A program made the translations under genes and the position numbers. Below, in pieces: positions 27,333 to 37,384 of a stretch of 64,000 nt of DNA. Source of the stretch: Verrucomicrobiota bacterium (GTDB lineage: Bacteria > Verrucomicrobiota > Lentisphaeria > Lentisphaerales > Lentisphaeraceae); NCBI GenBank assembly GCA_039798785.1, contig JBDKFG010000021.1, positions 10,423 through 74,422 on the forward strand. The letters run 5' to 3'. The notes under the pieces are model-generated. The model saw only the letters and a list, made by a program, of their open reading frames with translations, was not told the DNA's origin and searched no databases. Position 1 is the first letter of the stretch. The number at the start of each line of letters is the position of its first letter.

Positions 27333-28403
27333 TCAAAGACGGGAAAGCTTGTCGAGGAGCCCGGGACTTGTCTTCATCCAATTATAAGCGTCGGAAAGGA
27401 TCGCCGCAAGGTTTTTTCGCGGCAACCAGCCACTAAGTGCTGAAATCTCTTGGTTATCGGCCACGAAACACGGGATATCGGCGTAGCGGTTGGCCGGATC
27501 GGAGCCGATTTCCGGACCTTCGCCGCAAAGTTCGCGGCACCAGGCGGTGAGTTCTGCGAGGGATGCGCTGTTGGCCAGACCACCGCCGGCGTTGAGGGCC
27601 CGGTTTTGCAGGAGGCCGGGAGAAGCGAGAAGACGGAGCACCAGTTCAGCCATGTCGTCGGCATGGAGGAAGTCGCGGACTTGGCGGCCGCTGCCCCCCC
27701 AGCCGATGTAGCGGAGGGGACGTTTGAAGATGTGATTGAGCAGCCACCAGGTGAGGATGCCTTGGTCGGCGCGGCCGAATTGCCAGGGGCCGGCGAGGAC
27801 GCCGAAGCGGATGCAGTCGACCGGGAAGGCGCCGGCGTGGGCGTATTCGGCGAGAACCTGCTCGGCGGCGAACTTGCTGGCGCCGTAGTAGGACTTGGAA
27901 CCGGAGGTGGAGAAGTTCGAGGCGATGCCGGCAGCGCTGACCCCGGGCTGCGACTGGAGCGCGGCGAAAGCCAGGCGCGAAGGGCTTTCCTTCAAGGAGC
28001 AGGCGCGCAGCGCCTCGACGCCGTAGACCCGGCTGGAGGAGAGAAAGACGAGATGGGCGCCGTGACGGCGGCAGGCTTCGGCGCAGTTGAGCGCCCCGCC
28101 GAGATTGGTCGCGATGACGTAGCCGGGACCGCCGCCGCCGCTGCCGGCGAGGACCGAGGGTTCCGCCGAGGCTTCGACCAAGGCGTCGAAACGACCCAGC
28201 GCCTCGAGATCCTGGGTCTGGCGGACGTCGCCATGGACGAAGCGGACACCGCCGGCGGCGAGGCGGGCAAGGTTCTCTTCCGATCCCCGGCGCAAGAGGT
28301 TGTCGAAAGCGATGACTTCACAGTCGAGCCAGGCGGCTTTTGCCGCCAGACAGATGTGGGAACCGGCAAAACCGGCGCCGCCGGTGACTACGAGACGCTT
28401 CAT
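27333..28403 (-). CDS. NAD-dependent epimerase/dehydratase (CDP-paratose 2-epimerase-like)
   Basis: TGGAGFAG, AEPSVLAG, YGASK, QVRDFLH. Confidence 0.85.
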   Translation of the reverse strand: MKRLVVTGGAGFAGSHICLAAKAAWLDCEVIAFDNLLRRGSEENLARLAAGGVRFVHGDVRQTQDLEALGRFDALVEASAEPSVLAGSGGGGPGYVIATNLGGALNCAEACRRHGAHLVFLSSSRVYGVEALRACSLKESPSRLAFAALQSQPGVSAAGIASNFSTSGSKSYYGASKFAAEQVLAEYAHAGAFPVDCIRFGVLAGPWQFGRADQGILTWWLLNHIFKRPLRYIGWGGSGRQVRDFLHADDMAELVLRLLASPGLLQNRALNAGGGLANSASLAELTAWCRELCGEGPEIGSDPANRYADIPCFVADNQEISALSGWLPRKNLAAILSDAYNWMKTSPGLLDKLSRL

Positions 28404-28549
28404 TTTCCCTTCCCCCCGAAATAGTTATGAGGCTTCAAATCCAAAGATACTTGCCAGCCCGAGAATTTCCCAGCCTCCTCCAGGAGGCAAGACGAAACAC
28501 CGCCCCCGGGGGGAGCGGCGTCTCTTGCAGGGAAAAACCAAAACCAGAC

Positions 28550-28858
28550 TCAAGTCGACTGGCTCATCACTTCCTTGTAAGCATCAAGAAGCTTGTTGCG
28601 GACTTCCTTCATCAACTGGAAGGCGACGTCGGCCTCTTCCAGCTTGGTGACGACGTCCTGTATGTTGGTGGTCTCGCCGGTGGTCAGGCCCTTGATCGAA
28701 CTGTCGGCGCTTCTCTGCGCCTTGTCGACATCTTTGATCAGACCTTCGACCAGCTTGGCGAAATCTTCGCCTTCCGCCGCCTTTTCGGCGCCGCCGAGCT
28801 TGAGCGGCGAGGGGCTGATGCCGGCGCTGCCGATGGAGATGGGATCTATGCCGTTCAT
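28550..28858 (-). CDS. fliE: Flagellar hook-basal body protein FliE
   Basis: C-terminal EVRNKLLDAYKEVM; position after flgC. Confidence 0.92.
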   Translation of the reverse strand: MNGIDPISIGSAGISPSPLKLGGAEKAAEGEDFAKLVEGLIKDVDKAQRSADSSIKGLTTGETTNIQDVVTKLEEADVAFQLMKEVRNKLLDAYKEVMSQST

Positions 28859-28895
28859 GGGAGGATTCCTTGATAGCTCATTTTAGCACGGGAGC

Positions 28896-29336
28896 TCAGG
28901 CGTTGCCAGAGCCCATGGAAATGGTTTTTTCGGCCATCTGCTTGGAGATGCGGAAGGCGGCGAGGCCGGATTCGTAGCCGCGGCTGGCGGTCATCATGTC
29001 GACCATCTCGGTCAGCGGATTGACGTTGGGCAGAGTCACCATGCCGGTCTTCGGATCGGCATCGGGGTGACCCGGGTCGTGGAGCTGGCGCAGGGGCGAC
29101 TGGTCGCGGCTGATCTGGCTGACCCGGACGCCGCCGAAGTGGCGGCTGTCGCCCTCCTCGTACTGGGCCTTGAGGACGCTCTCGAAAGCGACGACCTGGC
29201 GGCGGTAGGTGTTGCTGGCGTCCTTGTTGGTGGCGTGGGCGTTGGCGATGTTGGCCGAGCACAGGCGCAGGCGGGTCTGTTCGGCGTCGAGTCCGGAGGA
29301 GATGGTGCCGGCTCCGGGAATGAGTTCGATAGACAT
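28896..29336 (-). CDS. flgC: Flagellar basal-body rod protein FlgC
   Basis: NIANA, YRRQ, DPGHPDAD, PNVN..EMVDMM. Confidence 0.93.
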   Translation of the reverse strand: MSIELIPGAGTISSGLDAEQTRLRLCSANIANAHATNKDASNTYRRQVVAFESVLKAQYEEGDSRHFGGVRVSQISRDQSPLRQLHDPGHPDADPKTGMVTLPNVNPLTEMVDMMTASRGYESGLAAFRISKQMAEKTISMGSGNA

Positions 29337-29347
29337 GTTGGGACTCC

Positions 29348-29701
29348 TCAGCGGATGGCGGATTTGAGGATGCGCTGGCGGGTGCTGTAGGCCTTGGCGA
29401 GCAGGGCGTGCAGGGTGCCGTTCTGGGTCATCTCGTTCATCTCGGAGGCGGCGTTGACGTTGTTGCCGTCAAGGCGGACCGAACCGGACTTGTCCATGGT
29501 GACCTCGGGATTGAGCTGCCTCAGGGCATTGAGGTCGTCCTTGCGGACGGCGTCGCCGAGGGCCCCGGCGAAGTTCAGATCGCGTCGGGTGTAGCCCGGA
29601 GTGTTGAGATTGGCGAGGTTGTTGGCGAGGAGTTCCTGGCGGCGGACGCTCAGGTGCATCATCTTGGAGATGAGCTCGCTGGTGTAGTCGGTGCCGATCA
29701 T
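29348..29701 (-). CDS. flgB: Flagellar basal-body rod protein FlgB
   Basis: NNLANLNTPGY, RLDGNNVN. Confidence 0.93.
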   Translation of the reverse strand: MIGTDYTSELISKMMHLSVRRQELLANNLANLNTPGYTRRDLNFAGALGDAVRKDDLNALRQLNPEVTMDKSGSVRLDGNNVNAASEMNEMTQNGTLHALLAKAYSTRQRILKSAIR

Positions 29702-29731
29702 GGCTTGTCTCCTGGTTCTGCAGCTTCTCTA

Positions 29732-29747
29732 GGCAGTTGTCGTGCCA
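29732..29747 (-). promoter_or_regulatory. sigma54 promoter (-24/-12) for flgBC-fliE
   Basis: TGGCAC-GACAA-CTGCC with GG-N10-GC spacing; palindrome GCGGAATTTTCTTCCGC at 29790-29806 is a possible UAS. Confidence 0.7.
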
Positions 29748-29841
29748 GGTCGTCTGGCGGCGGGATTCAGGCGGCCTGGGCGGCGCCCGGCGGAATTTTC
29801 TTCCGCGGCAAGGAAAAGGCTTCCGTCCTTTTTCTTCCGCT

Positions 29842-30783
29842 TCATCCGAGGAGCTGAACGACTTGCTGGGGCAACTGGTTGGCCTGGGCCAACATCGAGT
29901 TGCCGACCTGACCGAGGATCTGGTATTTCGCCAGAAGGGTGGTTTCGAAGGCCATGTCGACGTCGCGGATCTTCGATTCGGCGGCGCGCAGGTTGTCTTC
30001 GTAGCTGAGCAGGGCGCTGCGGGTCTGTTCGAGCCGGTTCTGCTGAGCCCCGTTGACGGCGCGGGCATTGGAGATGAAGTCGATGGCCTTGGCGATCTTG
30101 CCGATGACGTTCGAGCTGCGGACGCTCATCAGGTTGGGATTGGCGACCGAGCCCCAGGTGACGGCGCTGTGCTGCGAGGCGATCAGGGTGATGTTGTCGG
30201 TCGAGTAGGTGTAGGTATGGACCGAGCCGATGATCTCGGTGGTGCCCACCTGCAGGTTCTTCAAGGTGATGTCGATGGTCTGCCCGGCGTCGGCGCCGGT
30301 CTGCAGCGAGATCTTGCCGGTCGGATCGGCGTCGGCGTTGGAGATGTCGGCGACGCCGTTGCCGCCGCGGAAGAGATAAAGACCATTGAACTTGGCGGCG
30401 GAATCGCCGTGCGAGGTGATCCGGATGATCTCCTTCTGGAGCTGCAGGAACTCCGTCTGGATGTTGTCTTTATCAGTCTGCGACTTGGTGCCGTCGTTGG
30501 CTTCGATGGCGAGTTCGTCCATCCGGCCGACCATGTCATTCACTTTCTGAAGCCAGGAGTCGACGGTCTGCAGCAGCGACAGTCCGTTATCGACGTTATT
30601 GCGGGCCATGGCGACGTTGCGGGCCTGCGAGCGCATCTTCTCGCTGATGCCGACGCCGGAGGGGTCGTCCATCGGACCTTTGACGCCCGTGGCGAGGTGG
30701 TTCATCGCCTTGTTCATGCCTCGCAAGTTGTTGGCGTAGTTGGCCCAGACGTTGAACGCAGAGGCGTTGTGGTTGACGTTCAT
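29842..30783 (-). CDS. fliC: Flagellin
   Basis: LATG..DDPSG, FNG, GAQQNRLE, AAESKIRDVDMA, AQANQLPQQVVQLL. Confidence 0.95.
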   Translation of the reverse strand: MNVNHNASAFNVWANYANNLRGMNKAMNHLATGVKGPMDDPSGVGISEKMRSQARNVAMARNNVDNGLSLLQTVDSWLQKVNDMVGRMDELAIEANDGTKSQTDKDNIQTEFLQLQKEIIRITSHGDSAAKFNGLYLFRGGNGVADISNADADPTGKISLQTGADAGQTIDITLKNLQVGTTEIIGSVHTYTYSTDNITLIASQHSAVTWGSVANPNLMSVRSSNVIGKIAKAIDFISNARAVNGAQQNRLEQTRSALLSYEDNLRAAESKIRDVDMAFETTLLAKYQILGQVGNSMLAQANQLPQQVVQLLG

Positions 30784-30830
30784 GATGAGTTCTCCTCAGG
30801 TTTTTCTTTCAGACTTCGATGTTTTCGGAT

Positions 30831-31322
30831 TCAGGGTTGGCGGACCAGCGCTTCCCAGACGTTGAAGCGCAGAGATTCCGGTCCGAGATCATCGAGGATG
30901 ACCTGGGCGCCGCGGCGGCTGCGCATCGAGATGACCAGCGGCGAAAGCAGGTTGGCCGTGGTGCTGTACATGTCCTTGCCGACGGTGACGAGGCAGAGGA
31001 TCAAGGCGTCTGAGGGGGACTCCAGTCCGATCTGGGACGCCGTCTCGGCGCTGATCCGGACCTTGTAAGAAGGGTCGAGAAGAAAGGGCTCGACGCAGAT
31101 GAAGGCGACCTCGCCCTCAGGCCGGCTCTTCATGTAGAGGAAGGGACGAACCTTAGTGTCGCGGCTGTAGCTGAAGTTCTGGAATCGCTCGAAAGCGACC
31201 AGGCCTTTGTCGAAGTGGATGTCGTGGCCGATGAGCTCATCCAGGTTCTCCTGGAACTTGGCATATTGGCTATGCCGATCGAAGCTGATGGCTGCGGCTT
31301 TTCTCTGGGATGCAGTGCTCAT
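30831..31322 (-). CDS. fliW: Flagellar assembly factor FliW
   Basis: FDKGLVAFE, AFICVEPF, TANLLSPLVI, GAQVIL; ATG 31322 with GGAGG. Confidence 0.88.
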   Translation of the reverse strand: MSTASQRKAAAISFDRHSQYAKFQENLDELIGHDIHFDKGLVAFERFQNFSYSRDTKVRPFLYMKSRPEGEVAFICVEPFLLDPSYKVRISAETASQIGLESPSDALILCLVTVGKDMYSTTANLLSPLVISMRSRRGAQVILDDLGPESLRFNVWEALVRQP

Positions 31323-31365
31323 GTGTCCTCCCGACCTTTCGTCGTGTGTTGTTGATTGGCCAAGT

Positions 31366-31424
31366 TGCAGACGCTGTGCCAGCGCCCAAAACACAATCAT
31401 AATTTTCATCGCAAGTAACTGATT
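31366..31424 (-). promoter_or_regulatory. sigma54 promoter for fliW-fliC with upstream IHF-like site
   Basis: TGGCAC-AGCGT-CTGCA (31381-31366); AATCAGTTACTTG (31424-31412) fits WATCARNNNNTTR. Confidence 0.7.
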
Positions 31425-31628
31425 TTGAGCTTATCTAAAAATAATATTGAAAGCCGATGAAAGCCATTCCATAAGCACATTGCGGAAGATTTTACCGGTT
31501 AACAACCCTTCAATCCAGCCGTCATGACGCGAGGAACCCAAGTTCAAGGATGGGAAAATCATTCCGGGGGCAGGTTCTTGCCGTCGGCGTGATATCTTGA
31601 CTTGGAACTAAACGACGGGAATTTCACC

Positions 31629-32480
31629 ATGTCCGATCTGCGCGACCTGATTCTTGACCGCCTCAGCAACACCGAGCATCTGCCGCAGCTGCCAAGCGAA
31701 GTGATCAAGCTGCTGAGTCTCTCCCAGGACGACCATGCCGGCCTGAACGAAGCGGTGAAGCTGATCAAGGGCGATCCGCCCTTTGCCCTGCGCGTCCTGC
31801 GCCTCGCCAACTCGGCCCGCTTCGGCGGAGCGATGAAGGTGACGGCTCTCGAGGTCGCAGCCAGCCGCCTCGGCATGGAGACCTTGCGGATGCTGGCTTT
31901 GACCGAGAGCCTCTCCGGCATCACCCGCAGCCATGGCGGCGGCTATTCGCCGCAACTGCTCTTCCGCCACGGGCTTCACTCCGCTCTCGCCGCCGATCTC
32001 CTCGCTCCTCATCTCAAATCCAAGGTCCGTCGAGTCGAGCTCTTCACTGCAGGTCTTCTGCACATCAGCGGCATGTTGGTGATGGAAGCGAGCTTCCCCC
32101 GCCTGACCGCGGAACTGGTCGCAAAGCGCCTGCCGGGGGAAACCCTCTTCGAGGCGGAGATGCGACTCTGGGGCATCAGCAGCGGCGAAGCCGGGGAACA
32201 CCTCTGCCTCTATTGGAATCTGCCGGTGAGCTGCGGCGGTGCCGCACGCTACCACCTCGCCCCCCCCGCCGCCCCCGCGGTCTTCTCCGCGCTCGCCTGG
32301 GGCGTCCACGCCGCCAAGGCCGCAGTGCTCGCCGCCACTCCCGACGCCCTCTTCACCCCCGGCACCTTCGCGACCGATCCGCATCTCGCCGATCAGCTCG
32401 TCCTCGACGGCCAGGAAGTCCAGCCCTTCCTCGCCGACATCGGCACCAAGGCTGCCGCTCTCGCCGCCGATCTCATCTGA
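31629..32480 (+). CDS. HDOD domain protein
   Basis: LPQLP, DPPFALRVLRLANS, AGLLH. Confidence 0.88.
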   Translation: MSDLRDLILDRLSNTEHLPQLPSEVIKLLSLSQDDHAGLNEAVKLIKGDPPFALRVLRLANSARFGGAMKVTALEVAASRLGMETLRMLALTESLSGITRSHGGGYSPQLLFRHGLHSALAADLLAPHLKSKVRRVELFTAGLLHISGMLVMEASFPRLTAELVAKRLPGETLFEAEMRLWGISSGEAGEHLCLYWNLPVSCGGAARYHLAPPAAPAVFSALAWGVHAAKAAVLAATPDALFTPGTFATDPHLADQLVLDGQEVQPFLADIGTKAAALAADLI

Positions 32481-32527
32481 ACCGGAACGCCGCCCCGCCT
32501 CAATACTCACAGCCCACGAGCCCGCCC

Positions 32528-33214
32528 ATGCAGCCCCTCCTCGTCCTCGGAGCCGGACAAGTCGGCGAAGCCCTCCTGCGCTTGCGTCCTGATGCCCTAG
32601 GCAGCTCACGCAGCGGCCGCGACGGACTTCTTCTCTTCGACCTCGCACGTCCCGAGACTTGGGATTGCCTGCCCCCGGCAAGCTCCGTGATCTGGACCTT
32701 TCCCCCCGTCCCCGAAACCCCTGCCCTCGCCTTCGGCCGCCGCATCCTCGCCTCCGGCAGCCGACTCATCGTTCTCGCAAGCACCTCCTGCCACCTCGCA
32801 CCCGAACTCGGCCGTCTCGATGAGAACTGCCCTCTCGATCTGGCCCAGGAACGTGTCCGCGCCGAAGAATCCCTCCGCCGCGAAGGCGCCATCGTCCTCG
32901 CCCTCGCCGGCCTGCATGGCCCTCAACGCCGCCCCGCCGAGTGGATACGCCGCGGCCTCATCCGCAACGGCGCCAAACTGGTCAATCTCATCCATGTCGA
33001 AGATGCCGCCGCAATCAGCCTCGCCCTCCTCGAACGAGCCTCCCCAGGCGAACGATTCGTCGCCAGCGACGGCCAAGGACGCCCCTGGTCCGCCATCGCC
33101 GCCGAACTGGGGCTCGAAGTCCCTTCCGGCAGCCCGGAAGGCCGCCGCGTCGACCCCGCCCGACTCTTGAAGCTCATGCCCCCGGACTTCCACTTCCGGG
33201 GCATCGACCTCTGA
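32528..33214 (+). CDS. Atypical SDR / NAD(P)-binding epimerase-like protein
   Basis: VLGAGQVG, LAGLHGP, NLIHVEDAA. Confidence 0.75.
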   Translation: MQPLLVLGAGQVGEALLRLRPDALGSSRSGRDGLLLFDLARPETWDCLPPASSVIWTFPPVPETPALAFGRRILASGSRLIVLASTSCHLAPELGRLDENCPLDLAQERVRAEESLRREGAIVLALAGLHGPQRRPAEWIRRGLIRNGAKLVNLIHVEDAAAISLALLERASPGERFVASDGQGRPWSAIAAELGLEVPSGSPEGRRVDPARLLKLMPPDFHFRGIDL

Positions 33215-33382
33215 ACCCACGCCCCGACCTGTACACCTGCTAGATTTTTCGACGTGTACCACACCGAATTGAGCTTGGATTGAGATGCATTCAAGCTGCT
33301 TTTCAGAGACTCAGCAGTCCCTTGCCCCCTAAGCTGTGATCCTGAAATTCGGCTGAGACAGGTCGAGATTCGTTAAAAAATA

Positions 33383-33435
33383 TGTATAGACAAGGCTTGC
33401 GAAATAACAACCTCCGCCTAATTTCTGTCTAGACA
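33383..33435 (+). promoter_or_regulatory. Two HutC-type operator palindromes flanking the putative hutU promoter
   Basis: TGTATAGACA (33383-33392) and TGTCTAGACA (33426-33435) around TTGCGA-N16-TAATTT. Confidence 0.65.
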
Positions 33436-33462
33436 ACATGGCAACCCTGGAGATATGCAACT

Positions 33463-35142
<1,680 letters not shown>

Positions 35143-35143
35143 C

Positions 35144-35214
35144 ATTCAAAATTCAAGATTCAAAATTCAAGATGAACGTGAGCTCAATTCAAGATTCAAA
35201 ATTCAAAATTGAAG
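35144..35214 (+). repeat. Left arm: heptamer array 4x ATTCAAR + 15-nt spacer + 4 units
   Basis: ATTCAAA ATTCAAG ATTCAAA ATTCAAG ATGAACGTGAGCTCA ATTCAAG ATTCAAA ATTCAAA ATTGAAG. Confidence 0.92.
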
Positions 35215-35224
35215 AGGGGTTGCC

Positions 35225-35671
35225 ATGAGACAGTTTGAGGATCTGCCGGTGTGGCAGGCGGCGCGGGATATGTACTTGATCCTGAGCGCCTTCATCAAGG
35301 ACAATGGAGCCGTCTTCGAGTATTCTTTTAAAGACCAGTGCCTAAGGGCGGGCTTGTCGGTGAGTAACAACATTGCCGAAGGCTATGAACGCGGCACCAA
35401 CAATGAGCTGAGTCATTTCCTTTTCATGGCCAAGGGCTCCTGTGGAGAACTGCGTTCGATGATGCGCATCGCCAGTTGCAAAAAGATCAAATCCGATGAA
35501 TCCCTCAAGCATGTCATCAGCGCCTGCCTCAACATCTCCGCCCAACTCCAAGGATGGATCGACTACCTGAAGCGCAGTGACCTCAAAGGGCAGAAATTCA
35601 ACGAAGTGCGTGAAGAGGCCTCTGAGTATGGAAGCGCCGAGCCCCCGCCCTACCCGCGATTCGATTCTTGA
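35225..35671 (+). CDS. Four-helix-bundle protein (23S rRNA IVP-like family)
   Basis: FEDLPVWQAA, DQCLRAGLSVSNNIAEGYER, FLFMAKGSCGELRS; lower GC than hutU/hutH. Confidence 0.92.
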   Translation: MRQFEDLPVWQAARDMYLILSAFIKDNGAVFEYSFKDQCLRAGLSVSNNIAEGYERGTNNELSHFLFMAKGSCGELRSMMRIASCKKIKSDESLKHVISACLNISAQLQGWIDYLKRSDLKGQKFNEVREEASEYGSAEPPPYPRFDS

Positions 35672-35737
35672 ATCTTAAATCTTCCATCTTGAATTGAGCT
35701 CCCGCTCATCTTGAATCTTGAATTTTGAATTTTGAAT
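35667..35737 (-). repeat. Right arm: inverted copy of the heptamer array
   Basis: Reverse complement ATTCAAA ATTCAAA ATTCAAG ATTCAAG ATGAGCGGGAGCTCA ATTCAAG ATGGAAG ATTTAAG ATTCAAG; 61/71 identical to the left arm. Confidence 0.92.
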
Positions 35738-35755
35738 TTCCGAAGGAACTCCCCC

Positions 35756-37291
35756 ATGACCATCTTCCCCGGCACCCTCACCCTTCCGCAGCTGCGCGCC
35801 CTCTGGGAGGGCAGCGTCAACTTTGAACTCGCCCCCGCCGCCTGGCCGGCGATCGAGGCCTCCGCCGCGGCGGTGCAGGCCATCGTCGCCAAGGGTGACG
35901 CCGCCTACGGCATCAACACCGGCTTCGGCAAACTCGCCTCCAGCCGCATCGCCGACGACCAGCTCGCGCTGCTCCAGGCCAACCTGATCCGCTCGCACGC
36001 CGTCGGCGTCGGCCCCTGCCTCGACGAGGCCACGGCGCGGCTAATCCTCGCCACCAAGATCGCCAGCCTCGGCCGCGGCGTTTCCGGCATCCGCCGCGAA
36101 GTGATCGAGACGATGATCGCCCACTTCAACGCCGGCATCCTGCCGCGCATCCCCGCCAAGGGTTCGGTCGGCGCCTCCGGCGACCTCGCGCCGCTGGCCC
36201 ACATGACCCTGGCCCTGATGGGCGAAGGCGAGGTCAGCTACAAGGGCGAAACGATGGCCGCCGCCGTCGCCCTGAAACAGGCCGGCATCGCCCCGATCCG
36301 CCTCGCCGCCAAGGAGGGACTGGCCCTGATCAACGGCACCCAGGTCAGCACCGCCCTCGCCCTGCGCGGCCTCTTCCTCGCCGAACGCGTCTTCGCCGCC
36401 GCCCTCGCCGCCGGGGCGCTCTCCGTCGACGCCGCCAAGGGTTCCGACGCCCCCTTCGACCCCCGCATCCACGCCGTCCGCGGCCAGCCCGGCCAGATCG
36501 CCGTCGCCGAACACTACCGCGAACTGCTCGCCGGCTCCGAGATCCGCAAGTCGCACCTCAAGGAGGACGACCGCGTCCAGGACCCCTATTCCCTCCGTTG
36601 CCAGCCGCAGGTGATGGGCGCCTGCCTCGACCTCATCCAACAGAGCGCCAGGACCCTGGTCACCGAGGCCAACGCCGTCTCCGACAACCCGCTCATCTTC
36701 CAGGCCGCCGACGGCTCCTGGGAAGTGGTTTCCGGCGGCAACTTCCACGCCGAGCCGGTGGCCTTCGCCGCCGACACCCTGGCACTTGCCATCGCCGAGA
36801 TCGGCGCCCTCTCCGAGCGCCGCATCGCCCTCTTGATCGATGCCTCGATCTCCCGCCTCCCCGCCTTCCTCGTCCCCGACGCCGGCCTCAACTCGGGCTT
36901 CATGATCGCCCACGTCACCGCCGCCGCCCTCGCTTCGGAGAACAAGTCCCTCGCCCACCCCGCCAGCGTCGACTCCCTGCCCACCTCGGCCAACCAGGAG
37001 GACCACGTCAGCATGGCGACCTTCGCCGGACGCCGCCTCGAGGACATGGCGCGGAACACCGCCACCATCGTCGGCATCGAGCTCCTCGCCGCCGCCCAGG
37101 GCATCGACTTCCACCGTCCCTTGAAGTCCTCGCAGGTGCTCGAGAAGGTCCACGCCCGTCTGCGCCAGGAAGTCGCCTTCCTCAGCTCCGACCGCTATCT
37201 CGCTCCCGATCTCGAAGCCGCCAGCCGGATGGTCTTCTCCGGCGCCTTCGACTTCGCCGCCCACCACCTCCTGCCCTCGATTGAAAGCTGA
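35756..37291 (+). CDS. hutH: Histidine ammonia-lyase
   Basis: [22 protein letters not shown] (MIO), [24 protein letters not shown] 35756. Confidence 0.98.
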   Translation: MTIFPGTLTLPQLRALWEGSVNFELAPAAWPAIEASAAAVQAIVAKGDAAYGINTGFGKLASSRIADDQLALLQANLIRSHAVGVGPCLDEATARLILATKIASLGRGVSGIRREVIETMIAHFNAGILPRIPAKGSVGASGDLAPLAHMTLALMGEGEVSYKGETMAAAVALKQAGIAPIRLAAKEGLALINGTQVSTALALRGLFLAERVFAAALAAGALSVDAAKGSDAPFDPRIHAVRGQPGQIAVAEHYRELLAGSEIRKSHLKEDDRVQDPYSLRCQPQVMGACLDLIQQSARTLVTEANAVSDNPLIFQAADGSWEVVSGGNFHAEPVAFAADTLALAIAEIGALSERRIALLIDASISRLPAFLVPDAGLNSGFMIAHVTAAALASENKSLAHPASVDSLPTSANQEDHVSMATFAGRRLEDMARNTATIVGIELLAAAQGIDFHRPLKSSQVLEKVHARLRQEVAFLSSDRYLAPDLEAASRMVFSGAFDFAAHHLLPSIES

Positions 37292-37384
37292 AATTTGATT
37301 TTGTGATTTTTGTCGTTTATTGTCGAATTAAAGCTTGATTAAAAATCTATCCTGAATCATTTATGGGCAACCCGGAGGTTGCCC

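Noticed and set aside
35225..35671. DGR Avd interpretation of the four-helix-bundle gene
   Set aside because: No reverse transcriptase and no template/variable repeat pair seen in the window
35144..35737. CRISPR array or IS element interpretation of the heptamer repeats
   Set aside because: No 25-45 bp repeats with unique spacers, no cas genes, no transposase motifs, and no clear target-site duplication
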